A stretch of 46,846 bases of DNA, from positions 1-46,846 of the forward strand of contig CAZCOO010000002.1 of the NCBI GenBank assembly GCA_964500395.1. Reading direction: 5' to 3'. Source of the DNA: an uncultured Verrucomicrobiota bacterium. GTDB taxonomy: Bacteria > Verrucomicrobiota > Kiritimatiellia > CAZCOO01. Under the pieces are notes generated by a model. The model made no database searches. It worked only from the letters and a program-made list of their open reading frames with translations, and was not told the DNA's origin. Position numbers and translations under genes: made by a program. Each line of letters opens with the position of its first letter. Within the stretch, counting starts at the first letter, position 1. Positions 46,672 through 46,846 of the stretch are shown here, piece after piece.

Positions 46672-46846
46672 GGGGGTGTATTCCAGTTGGCGCCCGGGGC
46701 CGGAACGGCCAGGTGATGATCTTCCTGGTGGTGCTTCTGGTCATCCTCACGGTGGTTGGCCTCTGGACGTTCGACCTGGTCAGTATGCTCGTGGTGAAGG
46801 CTCGCAGCCGTTACGCCGGGGATGCCGCGGCGCTGGCCGCCGGCCG
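46668..46846 (+). CDS. TadG-like (Tad_N domain) pilus assembly protein, 5' partial
   Basis: ATG 46668 overlaps the upstream stop (ATGA). MRGCIPVGARGRNGQVMIFLVVLLVILTVVGLWTFDLVSMLVVKARSRYAGDAAALAAG matches the TadG N-terminal pattern (G..v.i...hydrophobic...LQ/AxDAAALAA). It runs off the right edge. Confidence 0.6.
   Translation, partial: MRGCIPVGARGRNGQVMIFLVVLLVILTVVGLWTFDLVSMLVVKARSRYAGDAAALAAG

Overview
High-GC, densely coding chromosomal segment from a diderm (LPS-making) bacterium. A PVC-type lineage (Verrucomicrobiota/Kiritimatiellota-like) is my guess from gene content only. I call about 45 CDS. I saw no rRNA, tRNA, CRISPR array, transposase or integrase. Many long ORFs in the six-frame track are antisense 'mirror' ORFs typical of GC-rich DNA, and I rejected them. 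Gene order, left to right: phoH / 7TM-HD (PgpH-like) / ybeY operon (minus); a secreted MA-peptidase-like protein coupled to holA and a DUF3108 gene; a long plus-strand envelope/regulatory run hldA-kdsB-kdsA-lptC-lptA-lptB-hpf-hprK-ptsH-ptsI with no rpoN; metK; ligA preceded by a VanZ gene; a secreted SNase-ComEA fusion; an SDR/DUF2867 gene; a HAMP-GAF-PP2C sensor phosphatase; a lytic transglycosylase; a membrane protein plus DUF2752 pair; a histone-H1-like/DUF2934 protein; argS; leuCD; a 4-gene module ending in two SPFH proteins; a complete topoisomerase VI operon (top6B-top6A); a divergent LpxC-family gene; two convergent GH13 alpha-glucanases with a lower-GC HigB/HigA-type toxin-antitoxin pair between them; an M20 peptidase; and the start of a Tad/Flp pilus locus. 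I did not find a convincing new multi-gene system. The most unusual items are the bacterial Topo VI operon, the rpoN-less lpt-hpf-hprK-ptsHI cluster, the partner-less SPFH module, the divergent LpxC paralog, the H1-like/DUF2934 protein and a few short non-coding periodic repeats. All calls rest on motif recognition by eye. Start codons are often ambiguous.
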